A stretch of 64,000 nucleotides of DNA. Origin: the human T2T-CHM13v2.0 reference genome, Homo sapiens. The position numbers were made by a program, and so were the translations under genes. The DNA is taken from the NCBI RefSeq assembly GCF_009914755.1, contig NC_060930.1; one strand, given 5' to 3'. Of this stretch, positions 41,276 to 57,325 are shown in pieces (the stretch's first letter is position 1; every line of letters begins with the position of its first letter). The notes under the pieces are model-generated. The model saw nothing but the letters and a program-made list of their open reading frames with translations, did not search any database and had not been told where the DNA came from.

Positions 41276-43067
41276 AGAATCTGTTTTTGTATCTTATCTG
41301 TAGATACCAGATGTGTTTAAAGAGATAAAGGTAGTAGGGAGAAAATAACTTTTAAAGTTCCATTTACATTAAAAACTTTTTGAATCATCTGTACTTGAAA
41401 TGTGGCTATGAACTATTTGTGACTGTGGTAATATATAGCAGTATAATTATCCAAAATGACTTTTCTCAAGGCTAGAATCCATCTCCAGTGGCATCTACAA
41501 TACCCATAATTTAAAGCAGCTCTGAATTTTTTTTCTAGGTGTGCAATGTTCAAGATTTGAGGAGGACCTTCCTAATTCTAGGACTTAGTAGAAAAGTCAG
41601 TGTTCACTTTTCTATATATTCCCTTAATAATTTTATAAACTTATGTAATTCGTCCTTATAGTTATTTTTATTTAATAGACTTAAACATGTCATACTTTTT
41701 CCATTTATATAAATGTATTTATAAGATTTTTGTTTATATCTTTGCAGTCATTTTATACATATTATGTAGCTGATGTACATTTATGATTATATTAGATCTA
41801 TAGTATCTTGAAACTTTATAATAGCTATTTACTCATATCAATAAAATTGATAAAGATATAATTTTAATTGCTGCATATTTCATAATATGGATCTGCTATA
41901 GTTTATTTAACCACTCTGCTTTGTTATAAAAGGGTTAGTTCTTTCTGACCTTTTGTTATTTTAAATAGTGCTATGATTAATTTATTTGTTCAGGAATTTT
42001 TTACTTTCTCTTTTACTAACTTCTTAGAATGAATTTCAGACAGTGAAAATACTGGTTCAAAGATATTTTCCCCATTGGTTTAGGATGTTTCTTTCATCAT
42101 ATATTAGGTTCTTATATATTACAGTCAACACCAGGCCTATGTATTTTGTTACATCAATCTGTCTACTGATTTTAGCACCATATTAAATTTTATATAAAGT
42201 TTTAATACCTTATAACATAAGTTCTTCCCTAGCTACTCTTTTTCAAACTTCTTAAAACATTTTGTCCCCAAATATTCTTGACTAAGTTTGTCTCTTTATT
42301 CTTCAAAATGAAGTTTACAAAATTTTTAATGTCATAAATTTATACCTTGTGAAATTTTATTGGACTTGAATAAATGTATAAATAACTTTGGGAAGAATTA
42401 ACATATTTCATGTTTCGGGCACTTCCAAGATGGCCGAATAGGAAGAGCTCCAGTCTACAGCTCCCAGCATGAGTGATGCAGAAGATGGGCAATTTCTGCA
42501 TTTCCAACTGAGGTACCGGGTTCATCTCACTGGGGCTTGTTGGTCAATGGGTGCAGGAAAGGGGGTGCAGCCCACCGAGCATAAGCCAAAGCAAGGTGAG
42601 GCATTGCCTCACCTGGGAAGTGCAAGGGGTCAGGGAATTCCCTTTCCTAGCCAAGGGAAGCTGTGACAGGCGGCACCTGGAAAATCGGATCACTCCCCGC
42701 CTAATACTGCGCTTTTCCAATGGTCTTAGCAAAGGGCACACCAGGAGATTATATCCCGCAGATGGCTTGGAGGGTCCCATGCCCGTGGAGCCTCGGTCAT
42801 TGCTAGCACAGCAGTCTGAGATCAAACTGCAAGGTGGCAGTGAGGCTGGGGGAGGGACGTCCGCCATTGCTGAGGCTTGAGTAGGTAAACAAAGTGACCT
42901 GGAAGCTCGAACTGGGTGGAGCCCACCGCAGCTCAAAGAGGCCTGCCTGCTTCTGTAGACTCCACCTCTGGGGGCAGGGCATAGCTGAACAAAAGGCAGC
43001 AGAAACCTCTGCAGACTTAAATGTCCCTGTCTGACAGCTTTGAAGAGAGTAGTGGTTCTCCAAGCAT

Positions 43068-43256
43068 ACTGGTTGGTATGCTTGTGGTGAAGGATTTCTC
43101 TTGGTTGGTGGGTTTAATGTGTTATAGTTAGTCAAGGTATTCTAGTTCTTGCTTGTAAGCATGTTTGCAAGGTGATTATTGTGAGACTTGGTTTTATACG
43201 TACTATGTACAGTCAAGCATTTATAGTACTATATAATATTCATGGTGGCTAGCAGT
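43068..43256 (-). other. NUMT: mitochondrial control-region (D-loop HVS-I/ETAS) fragment inside the L1 5'UTR
   Basis: Reverse complement reads ACTGCTAGCCACCATGAATATT...TAGTACGTATAAAACC...CATGCTTACAAGCAAG...AACTATAACACAT...ATACCAAC, colinear with recalled human mtDNA ~16103-16285; L1 sequence is continuous on either side. Confidence 0.92.
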
Positions 43257-43626
43257 TTGAGATCTGAGAACAGACAGACTGCCTCCTCAAGTGGGCCCCT
43301 GACGCCCAAGTAGCCTATCTGGAAGGCACCCCCCAGTAGGGGCAGACTAACACCTCACACGGCCGGGTACCCCTCTGTGACAAAGCTTCCAGAGGAATGA
43401 TCAGGCAGCAACATTTGCTGTTCAGCAATATTTGCTGTCCTGCAGCTTCCACTGCTGATACCCAGGCAAACAGCATCTGGAGTGGACCTCCAGCAAACTC
43501 CAACAGACCTGCAGCTGAGGGTCCTGACTGTTAGAAGGAAAACTAACAAACAGAAAGGACATCCACACTAAAAACCCATATGTACGTCACCATCATCAAA
43601 GACCAAAGGTAGATAAAACCACAAAG

Positions 43627-44676
43627 ATGGGGAAAAAACAGAGCAGAAAAGCTGAAAATTCTAAAAATCAGAGCACCTCTCCCCCTTCAAAGGAACGCAG
43701 TTCCTTGCCAGCAATGGAACAAAGCTGGATGGAGAATGACTTTGATGAGTTGAGAGAAGAAGGCTTCAGATGATCAAACATCTCTGAGCTAAAGGAAGCT
43801 CGAACCCATTGCAAAGAAGCTAAAAACCTTGAAAAAAGATTAGATGAATGGCTAACTAGAATAACCAGTGTAGATAAATCCTTAAATGACCCGATGGAGC
43901 TGAAAACCATGGCACGAGAACTACGTGACAAATGCACAAGCTTCAGTAGCCAATTCGATCAACTGGAAGAAAGGGTATCAGTGATTGAAGATCAAATGAA
44001 TGAAATGAAGCCAGAAGAGAATTTTGGAGAAAAAAGAGTAAAAAGAAATGAACAAAGCCTCCAAGAAATATGGAACTATGTGAAAAGACCAAATCTACAT
44101 CTGATTGGTGTACCTGAAAGTGATGGGGAGAATGGAACCAAGTTGGAAAACACTCTGCAGGATATTATCCAGGAGAACTTCCCCAACCTAGCAAGCCAGG
44201 CCAACATTCAAATTCAGGAATTACAGAGAATGCCACAAAGATACTCCTCGAGAAGAGCAACTTCAAGACACATAATTGTCAGATTCACCAAAGTTGAAAT
44301 GAAGGAAAAAATGTTAAGGGCAGCCAGAGAGAAAGGTCGGGTTACCCACAAAGGGAAGCCCATCAGACTAACAGCGGATCTCTTGGCAGAAACTCTACAA
44401 GCCAGAAGAAAGTGGGGGCCAAAATTCAACATTCTTAAAAGAAAGAATTTTCAACCCAGAATTTCATATCCAGCCAAGCTAAGCTTCATAAGTGAAGGAG
44501 AAATAAAATCCTTTACAGACAAGCAAATGCTGAGAGATTTTGTCACCACCAGGCCTGCCCTAAAAGAGCTCCTGAAGGAAGCACTAAACATGGAAAGGAA
44601 CAACTGGTACCAGCCACTGCAAAAATATGCCCAATTGCAAAGACCATCAATGCTAGGAAGAAACTGCATCAACTAA
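43627..44676 (+). pseudogene. L1 ORF1 (RNA-binding protein), disrupted
   Basis: ATG at 43627 (MGKKQSRK); premature TGA at 43771; residual ORF 43894..44676 with the native stop changed to CAA. Confidence 0.9.
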
Positions 44677-44703
44677 CGAGAAAAATAACCAGCTAGCATC
44701 ATA

Positions 44704-48528
<3,825 letters not shown>

Positions 48529-49579
48529 GCAATGAGAACACTTGGACACAGGAAGGAGAACATCACACACTGGGGCCTGTTGTGGGGTGGGGGGAGGGGG
48601 GAGAGATAGCATTAGGAGATATACCGAATGTAAATGACGAGTTAATGGGTGCAGCACACCAACATGGCACATGTATACATATGAAACAAACCTGCACATT
48701 GTGCACATGTACCCTAGAACTTAAAGTATAATAATAAAAAAGAAAGAAAAACATATTTCATGTTTCATTTTCCATGAAATATGGTATATTTCTCCATATC
48801 GTAAAACCTTCTTTTATAGCTCAGTAAATATTTGTTCTCTTAGCATAAACTCAGACATTTCTTGACAAAGTATTACTAGAACTTTTAACAATTAGATTAT
48901 TAGATTTTTATTAGGCCTAATATTTTTATTATGCCTTATAACTGCTTCTTACAAGCATATTTTATTAATTATTAGCTTATCTTGGATTTTGTCAAAAGAA
49001 AATCATATTATATACAAATTACATTATTAATTCAATGACAAGTAAGTATCTACTATGTGTCAGCCAAACTTAATAAGCACTGAGAATACAGTACTGAAGC
49101 AATCAAAAAATGAAAAACAACAAAAAGACCCAAAACAGATTATGGAGGTTATAGTTCCAGCAGGAGAGAAGAGCAATAAACCAAATTTTACAAAAATAAT
49201 GTATAAACTAGGATAAATGGTGCTTAAAGCAAAGGAAGAACAATTGAGCAGAGAAGAGGCATATAAAATAACAAGAGTGGGTGTTGAAATTTTTGGAGTA
49301 GAGGGCCTCACTAAAAGAGTAACTTCTGACTAAGGAACTCAGAGCAAATCTGAAACAGAATAGTCATATATAAAATATTTTTAATGTAATGAAAGATCAG
49401 ATTTTGGAGGTTCTTATGGATGGTATTTAGAGTTTTTACTTGGAGTGATTTGGGGAGATGTTGGATGATTTTCAGCATAAAAGTGGCATGAGATGCCATA
49501 GATTCTGTGGTTCTGACTGTGTTAAGACCAGATTTAAAAGGACAGAAGTAAGACCAGTTGGAAAGTAGAGTAGAAGTTG

Positions 49580-49966
49580 TAGTCACCCCTTCCTATAGCC
49601 TTGGTTCACCCTGAGACACCTGTATGTAGACAATCCCCACGTATATTAACTGCTTCCTTTTTCTCTGCCTGAAAAGCAGTGAGCACGAAAGTGCCAGGGA
49701 CGTATGCCTAGAATTGACCCTTACCAAGTTCGGAAGAGAGTTGGTGCCTAAAGACTCCAATTTTCCTCAGTGAGACAATTCTGACGTGTTTTCTATATAG
49801 TCTATTAGAGGGTGCCCTGTAGAACTAGCCTTCAGTGTCAAACAGCATTAACTCACTCATCCATGCACGCTTCATCGGCTTTTCCTATTACACTCTCCCA
49901 CTATCCTACCATGCTTCCTGGGATTACCCTCTTAGAGTCAGGTTTTGGAGGAACCCAACTAACACA
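49580..49966 (+). mobile_element. ERVL-class (LTR16/LTR33-like) solo LTR within L2
   Basis: Ends 'gtcaggttttggaggaacccaactaacaca'; family assignment tentative. Confidence 0.45.
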
Positions 49967-50506
49967 GAGGTTGTTGTAATAATCTAGGCAAGACAGAATA
50001 AATAATACCTAGGACCAACGCATAGTCTTAAAATGGTGATAATTGATTTAATGCTGGATACACTATAAGGAAGACCTGAAATAATTTGCCAATGTATTCA
50101 GTGTGAAATAAAAGAGAAAAAGAGGGATTGGGATGACTCCAAAAATTTTGTTCTGAGCAATTGGAAGGACATAGTGTCCATTAACTGAAACGGGAAAGAG
50201 TACAGTTCATCTGGAAGAGACTTAGTATATGGTGTGAGCTAGGAGTCATTTTTACAATATGAGCATAAAGTTGATTCAATGCCATTTATGAAAAAGAACC
50301 TCCTTTATACACTGCAGTGATACTTTTGTCAAAAATCAAGTGACCATATACATGTGAATATTTGTCTGTATTTCATGTTCTGTTTCATTAACCTGTCTAT
50401 TCTTACACAAATATCTGACCATCTCAATTTCTGTAAATTATAAGTCATAATATTTGGCAATGCAATTCTTGCAGCTCTGTTAATCTGGAAGATTACTTTT
50501 TGTTTC

Positions 50507-50809
50507 CTTTTTTTTTTTTTCTTATTTTTGAGATGGAGTCTTGCCCTGTGGTCCAAGCTGGAGCACAGTGGTGCAATCTCAGCTCGCAGCAACCTCTGGC
50601 TCCCAGGTTCAAGTGATTCTCATGCCTCAGCCTCTCAAGTAGCTGGGATTACAAGCACGTGCCACCACACCCGGCTAATTTTTGTATGTTTTATGGAGAG
50701 GAGTTTTGCCATGTTGGCCAGGCTGGTCTTGAACTCCTGACCTCAAGTGATCTGCCTGCCATGGCCTCCCAGAGTGCTGGGATTACAGATGTGATCCACT
50801 GCACCTGGT
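50507..50809 (-). mobile_element. AluS element
   Basis: Antisense dimeric Alu with T-rich tail. Confidence 0.93.
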
Positions 50810-53562
50810 TGAAGACTACTTTTTATAGCATTATTAGTCTTGCAACTTTATAACAAATCTTAACATCCATCATGTAATTCCTCCAACACTCTTCATCTTG
50901 AATAGATTTTCATATTCAATAGTGCAATTCCTTGAACTCTGTTCTTCAAGTCCCATTCAATTTCATTAAACTTTAGAAACATCTTATCTCTTTACGTACA
51001 CACATAATGTTGATATTTTTAGAATGCTGACCAATTTGGGAGGAATGTAGATCAATTTAAATTAATAAATAATTGATTTAAGTTGATAAATTTATATCAA
51101 TTTGAGAAAGAATTAACATCTTTACTATATTGAGCTTCCTACTCAAGAGAATTTTTAATATGGGAAAATAACAGCATATTTCTATACTTATTACACTAGT
51201 AAACAGGGAAAAGTAATGATACAAGAAAAGAATTCTTGGAACAATATTTCAGAGTGAGAAAGGGTAGATAAGATCTAATATCTAAGTGGCAGGATCCACC
51301 TTAGCTAGGTACATGGCCAGTTCATCAATAATAATAGAAAAGAAGAAAGAGTAAATAGTCACATATGGAAGTAGTTCGGTAAAGTGGTGGTGATGGGATC
51401 TCATGAGCATTCTCTTTTGACTGCTTCAGTTCAGTGAAATAGCCTGAAAATGACATGGAAAGGAGGTATTAAAGATTTCAGCAAGAGCAGAACATGTAAA
51501 TAATCATCTAGAAAAGTGGTAAAGTGAATGAAATTTGTAAATATATAAAAATTTTAGGGCAGCATTAAACTACCACTGGAGATTAGTGAGCAAAAATTTT
51601 AACTAAGAACAGTCATCACGGCTGTATGCTTTTCTCCAGCAGTTTTTAACTTCAGGACAGGAGATGGCAGAGAGTAAACCAACAAAGTTGTCTTCATTCC
51701 AAAATTATTACTTTTGTGATTATTTCCTCTCTCATTGCATAGGCTGCAAATCCAAGAACACACAAAAAAATGACAATGGTTAGGGTAACTATCCTTAAGT
51801 TGTTCTAGTTTTTAATGAGAATGCCCATAATAGGGCATCATTAAGTACAAAGATGGCTGCTGGTTTAAGACAGCTAGTTTGTTACCTCTTAAAAGTGTTT
51901 TTTTCTAAGAGTTGCCAGTGAAATGTGTCCTCTTTCCCTATGTCTTTTGAGATGAATGTCCATTTATTTTAATTATTTTTACTTTCTCTTGGTATTAAAA
52001 TCTTCCATAGATTGAATATTTTTTACTTTCCTTTGGTTCTTCTCTAGCTCTATCATGTCTTTTGTCAGGTGTATCAATCAAGACATCATAATCCAGTATG
52101 AACTCACCAGGTTTTGTGTAAGGAAAGGGATAACATATATGTGGGTGGTGGCAGTGTGTTTCTGTATCTGATTCATACCAGACAATGTTGCTCAGCTTTT
52201 TTTGGTCATGGAAGGATGTTGAGAACAGTCTGCAATAATTATGTCAGTTGCTAGCATATAGTTGCTTTGGTAGCTTAGAGACAATAATCATAATTAACTT
52301 AAAAATGTTTTTTCTCTAAAATATATTATCTTACAATGGCTCACACTGATTATTTTTTGCTGTATTTCTATAAATTGCATACTTTTATTAAATGTTTCTC
52401 ATGATTTTTATCCTCCAATGTGGGCTTTCATTTCCAAGAATAACTTAATTTACCAACTTGGTGCACTACAACAATTAATAAAGATCAGAGAAGGTCTGAA
52501 TACTGATTCCTAATGAATATACATTTTGCACATTTTGTCCAAAAATGAAACTGTTTATACCGATACCTTTCTTCTGTCTAAAATCCAATTCCTAGTTCAA
52601 AACAAATAGTTTCCCCAATTCCAGTACAAGACATAAATAAATGTCAAAATGTGAGTGATTACATCCAGGCTGTGACAGTTTCTACCAGTGACCATAGTGA
52701 ATGATATTAACAGGGTGGTCAAAGCAAAGCACTGCTGGTGTGGGAGGCTCACCTGCACTCAGGGGGCAGGTGAATTATTGCATCAGTCTTTAGAGGAAGA
52801 TGCTATGACTGAGGTGGGAACCACAGATGTGAATGGGGATGGAGAGAGTAGGGGTGAAAGTTAATGCCATTAAAAACTGAGATTGGGAACAGGTAATCAA
52901 TTTGAACTGAGAAACTAATGGGAAAAGAATGAGAAGATAAGATGGATCCAGGAATCAAAGAACAGATAAGGGAACACTGGTAATTAAATTTATTCATCAA
53001 ATGAGAATCACAGCCAGTTGATATGGGGCCCATGAAAAATATGGAAGTCAAATTTGTCAGAAGAACCAGAAAGATTGGGATCTTCCTCATGGATTGTGTC
53101 TAATGCTGGTTCAGAGGGTGTCTTCTCATCTGTATCTTCCTTATATAGATAAGCCTTCATATATTTTGGGGACAATATGATATAAAATAAGAGGAATTTT
53201 GTATGATATCACCAATTATTGTATGGAATCAAATACAGTACAGGTTACCTCATATTTCCAAAAGAGATTATCTTTGTTCAGTCAAAGTTTGAAATAACAC
53301 AATTTCCCTGGGAAGTGGCTGTATTTCTGCTGCCATGTGTTATGCTAAAGATTTTCCACTAAAGCAGAACTGGCTGTAACAGGGACTGAACAGATGGTGG
53401 TCCATGGAATTTGTCCCAATAGTCTCTTCAAAGTCCTGCCTACTCTTAGTCACCTCTCTCTCATACCAGGCACTTGAATTCTCACTGTTAGAATACCATG
53501 TTTGCATGAAGGCATTATCTCCAGTTTTTTTAAAATTACGGAATTACAGTATCAAAAAGTAC

Positions 53563-54010
53563 TGCCAAGAACTAAAAAGGGTCTCAAATTTTATCCTATT
53601 TGCAGGCTAACAAGTTAGTCAGTTGCAGTTTCTTGGATGCTGGCAGAAGACATAGACAAAGGAGAGTTTGTTATTCACAGAAATAGCGGTAGTCAAAGTA
53701 TCAGTATTTTAACTCTGGTTCCCTGAGCCCCAGTTCCCACAAAGCAATACAAAGAGGACCAAATGATACCTGCATGTGCCGTGGATGCATGAGAGGAGAG
53801 GAATCATGAGCTTAGGGAACCCAAATATTTTATAATAGGCAGCAATCTGGCCTGCCCTTTACCAGGAAAAGAGAAGCTACCTTTATTACACTGAACAGTA
53901 AACAAATCCACACTTTGCTCTGGAAGGAGACACTATATCTAATTTCTAAGGCTGTTTGCTGTATAAACAAATTTGAAAATATAGTTCGGCACAGAGGCAA
54001 TCTATATAAA
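53563..54010 (-). mobile_element. ERV1-class LTR relic (MER31-like, tentative)
   Basis: 'ggtctcaaattttatcctatttgcaggctaacaagttag...ggatgctggcagaagaca'. Confidence 0.45.
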
Positions 54011-54174
54011 CCACGTTTTGTAGTTTCTGTAACTTGATGAATTAACATCTTCAAGATGGAATGTCAACCACTTTAGGTAAACAATTAGGGACCTGAGATA
54101 ACCACCTGACATCCCCACACTCTTAGCCCCGCATGAGTTTATAGGGGTGACACTTTTAAATATAGCAAACCAGT

Positions 54175-54280
54175 CCCAGTGTATCCTTTCCTGCCTCAGC
54201 AGAAACCACTGTATCCTTTCCTTCTCCCAGTGTATCCTTTCCCAGTGTATCCTTTCGTTCTCCCAGTAGAAACCACTGTA
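54175..54280. repeat. Short imperfect tandem array of (cccag)tgtatcctttc
   Basis: Four copies of tgtatcctttc and two of agaaaccactgta. Confidence 0.8.
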
Positions 54281-54691
54281 AGGCACTTATCTACTCTCTT
54301 TCTACCTTATAATTGATCCTGATCTTCCCCTATGTGGCCCCACATGGCATGCTGTATTTTCTCTTAAGAGAACTGTGAGAATAATAAACTTCTGTGATTT
54401 CAAAGCAGCTCTCTTTGTGCCTCACCATACTTTAATCAAGATTATGTTTAAAACACAGTCAGTAACTCTGCTCACAAAATATGGAAAAACATGAGTGGTC
54501 AATGGAGAATTGTCTCCCAATAGATACTAGCCCAAAGGCCATTGGTTCAAATCTCTAAAGATACCCAAATCCTCTCCAAAAAGAGAATTCCCTGCTCCCG
54601 CAAAACAACCTAGTCTGTCTTTCAAACATTTTTATTCAGTAATTCTATGTTATCTGTTATTTTTATCTTCTGGGCCTTCTTTTATACTTTG

Positions 54692-55126
54692 TGTTCTATG
54701 AAAGGGCCATATATGCAAAGTGGCCCCCAAGGGCCAAAGGAGTTGTGGAACCAAAGAAGGAGGCAGATAAATCCAGTTTGTTGAGATGGGATGATTTACT
54801 AGGCGGAACTTACAGTTGAAAGTGTGGTCTTGGGTGGCTGCAAAACAGGTAGCTCTCCATACCACAACACCCCAGACCCAGGGCTTATATTTGGGGAAAG
54901 TATAGTATACATGCTCTAGAGAGAATGTGTAGGTGACTATGGGTGTCACAGCCTATGATTTCTGCAACAGCATCAGGAGTTGTTTTGGAGGAAACTTACA
55001 GTGAACAGGTGTTTCCACATAAAGAGTAATACAGCAACGAGACATTTGGAGGCATTTCTGGACCTGGGATTAGTCAGAAGTTACATGGCAGGTTAACATT
55101 TAAGGTGAAGTCACTCTTTTCCCCAC
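54692..55126 (-). mobile_element. ERV1-class solo LTR (family uncertain)
   Basis: 'tgcaaagtggcccccaagggccaaaggag...gaggcagataaatccagtttg'; TG...CA-like ends. Confidence 0.45.
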
Positions 55127-55927
55127 ACCTGGAATCCAAAAAGAACATACGTATTTGTAGGCAACCATAATGTGCATGTCTTTCTCCCACTATTCTAGTT
55201 CCTGGAAACTTTTTTTTAAGTAAAATTATCTACAGTTTTTTCAACCATGTAGGTGACACTCTATTAAATGCAATCTTATTTGTCTACTATTAAAATATAT
55301 TGCCCATAGAAAATATTTTAGGCGCAGTCTGAATAGACAACCCAGAGTAGAGTAGAATAGAACTGTTAACTCCTTGATTTACCTGCTACATGGTAAATCA
55401 CTTCCTTATAAGCCATAGTGCACCTCTACTGATCAAGAGTCAATTATGAACTAAAGCCTCTAGGTCATTAACCTTGCCATGCCATAATTCACCCACCCTT
55501 TATTTTGTTTTTTTTTCTCTAAAATACAGGACTTTATATTTATTGCTGTAAAATTGAATCTTAGATGCATTTCTTTTCTCAAGCATCTGAAAAGTCTCTC
55601 AGGTTCTGAAAATAAAATAAGTTATTCTTCCGAGCCTCAAAGGATCTGAAAATTTACTCTAATTTTATATAACCTAATCCTACTCCTTGGTTATAATGTA
55701 GAGCAGGATAGAGCTGAGGATAGGGCCCTATGTACTTGAATAGAATCTCCCATCGGGTTTGCTTGGTTGAATGCTCATTGAGCACAGTTGTTCAACAAAA
55801 GAATTCATTTAACTGAACTTTCTTCCAGACATTACTGGTTAAAAACATTCTCTTTGGAGGCTTTTGACTACTGCATTTCTAAATGCTGTCCTGTCAATTT
55901 GCTAACTAAAGAAAAGAAGATGGTATG

Positions 55928-56267
55928 TGACATGGTTTGGCTCTGTGTCTCCACCTAAATCTAACCTTCAATTGTAAGAATTCCCATGTGCCAAGGGCAG
56001 GGTCAGGTGGTGATAATTGAATTATGGGCATGGTTTACCCCATACTGTTCTCATAATAGTGAATAAGTCTCAAGAGATTTGATGGTTTTATAAATGGGAG
56101 CTCCCCCGTACAGTGTCTCTTGCCTGCCGCCATGTAAGACATGACTTTGCTCCCCCTTGCCTTCCGCCATGATTGTGAGGCCTCCCCAGCCATGTGGAAC
56201 TGTGAGTCCGTTAAACCTCTTTGTCTCAGGTATGTGTTTAATAGCAGAGTGAGAATGAACTAATACA
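55928..56267 (+). mobile_element. THE1 solo LTR
   Basis: tgacatggtttggctctgtgtc...gaactaataca; TSD gtatg/atatg. Confidence 0.9.
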
Positions 56268-56918
56268 ATATGCCATGACTTATTCTTACAGAATTCATGA
56301 TGGCACCAGTGATCATTTTCTCTGTCATCTAGAAGCTCATTATTTTTTATATGTGCATGTGTCTCTTCTTAATAACAACTCAGAATAGGTTAACGTTTGG
56401 TTAATATATGCTTGCTGTGTGTGGTTCTGTTGTATGATTTGTCATGAAAATATAATATAAAGAAAAAATTTAATTGAAAAAAAAAAAAAGATTCCAGGAA
56501 GCATTCAAAGAATGGAGAGGACTGGGCACATCATTAGGGTCAGAAGGAAGGGCACTGGGGAGGGGAATATACCAAAGTGGAGAAAAGAAATTAAGTGAGG
56601 AAGAAAACAGTGCATTTAACCTCTTTTAATTGAAATCTAACTTATTTTGGGGAGAATTACATTTTAAAAATTATTTTTCTGGCCACATAATCATTTGGGC
56701 CCTCAATTTGCATGTTTATTTCATTATCTGGTGCATAATCCTGGAAGGCAGGGACCATATCTAATTTTTCAGTATTTTAACCCCACAGTTTGAGAACATA
56801 GCTTGCTTATCCAATGCACTCAGTAATAATTTTGGAATTGAAATGTTTAATTTTGTGGGATTACATGCCAGAGTCTATTTAAGCTTGGACAATGACCCCT
56901 AGAAAGATGGAATGATTT

Positions 56919-57325
<407 letters not shown>

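Noticed and set aside
52749-52773. CTCF-like core ctcagggggcag within an 8-bp inverted repeat
   Set aside because: The 5' half matches the consensus poorly; not supportable without ChIP data
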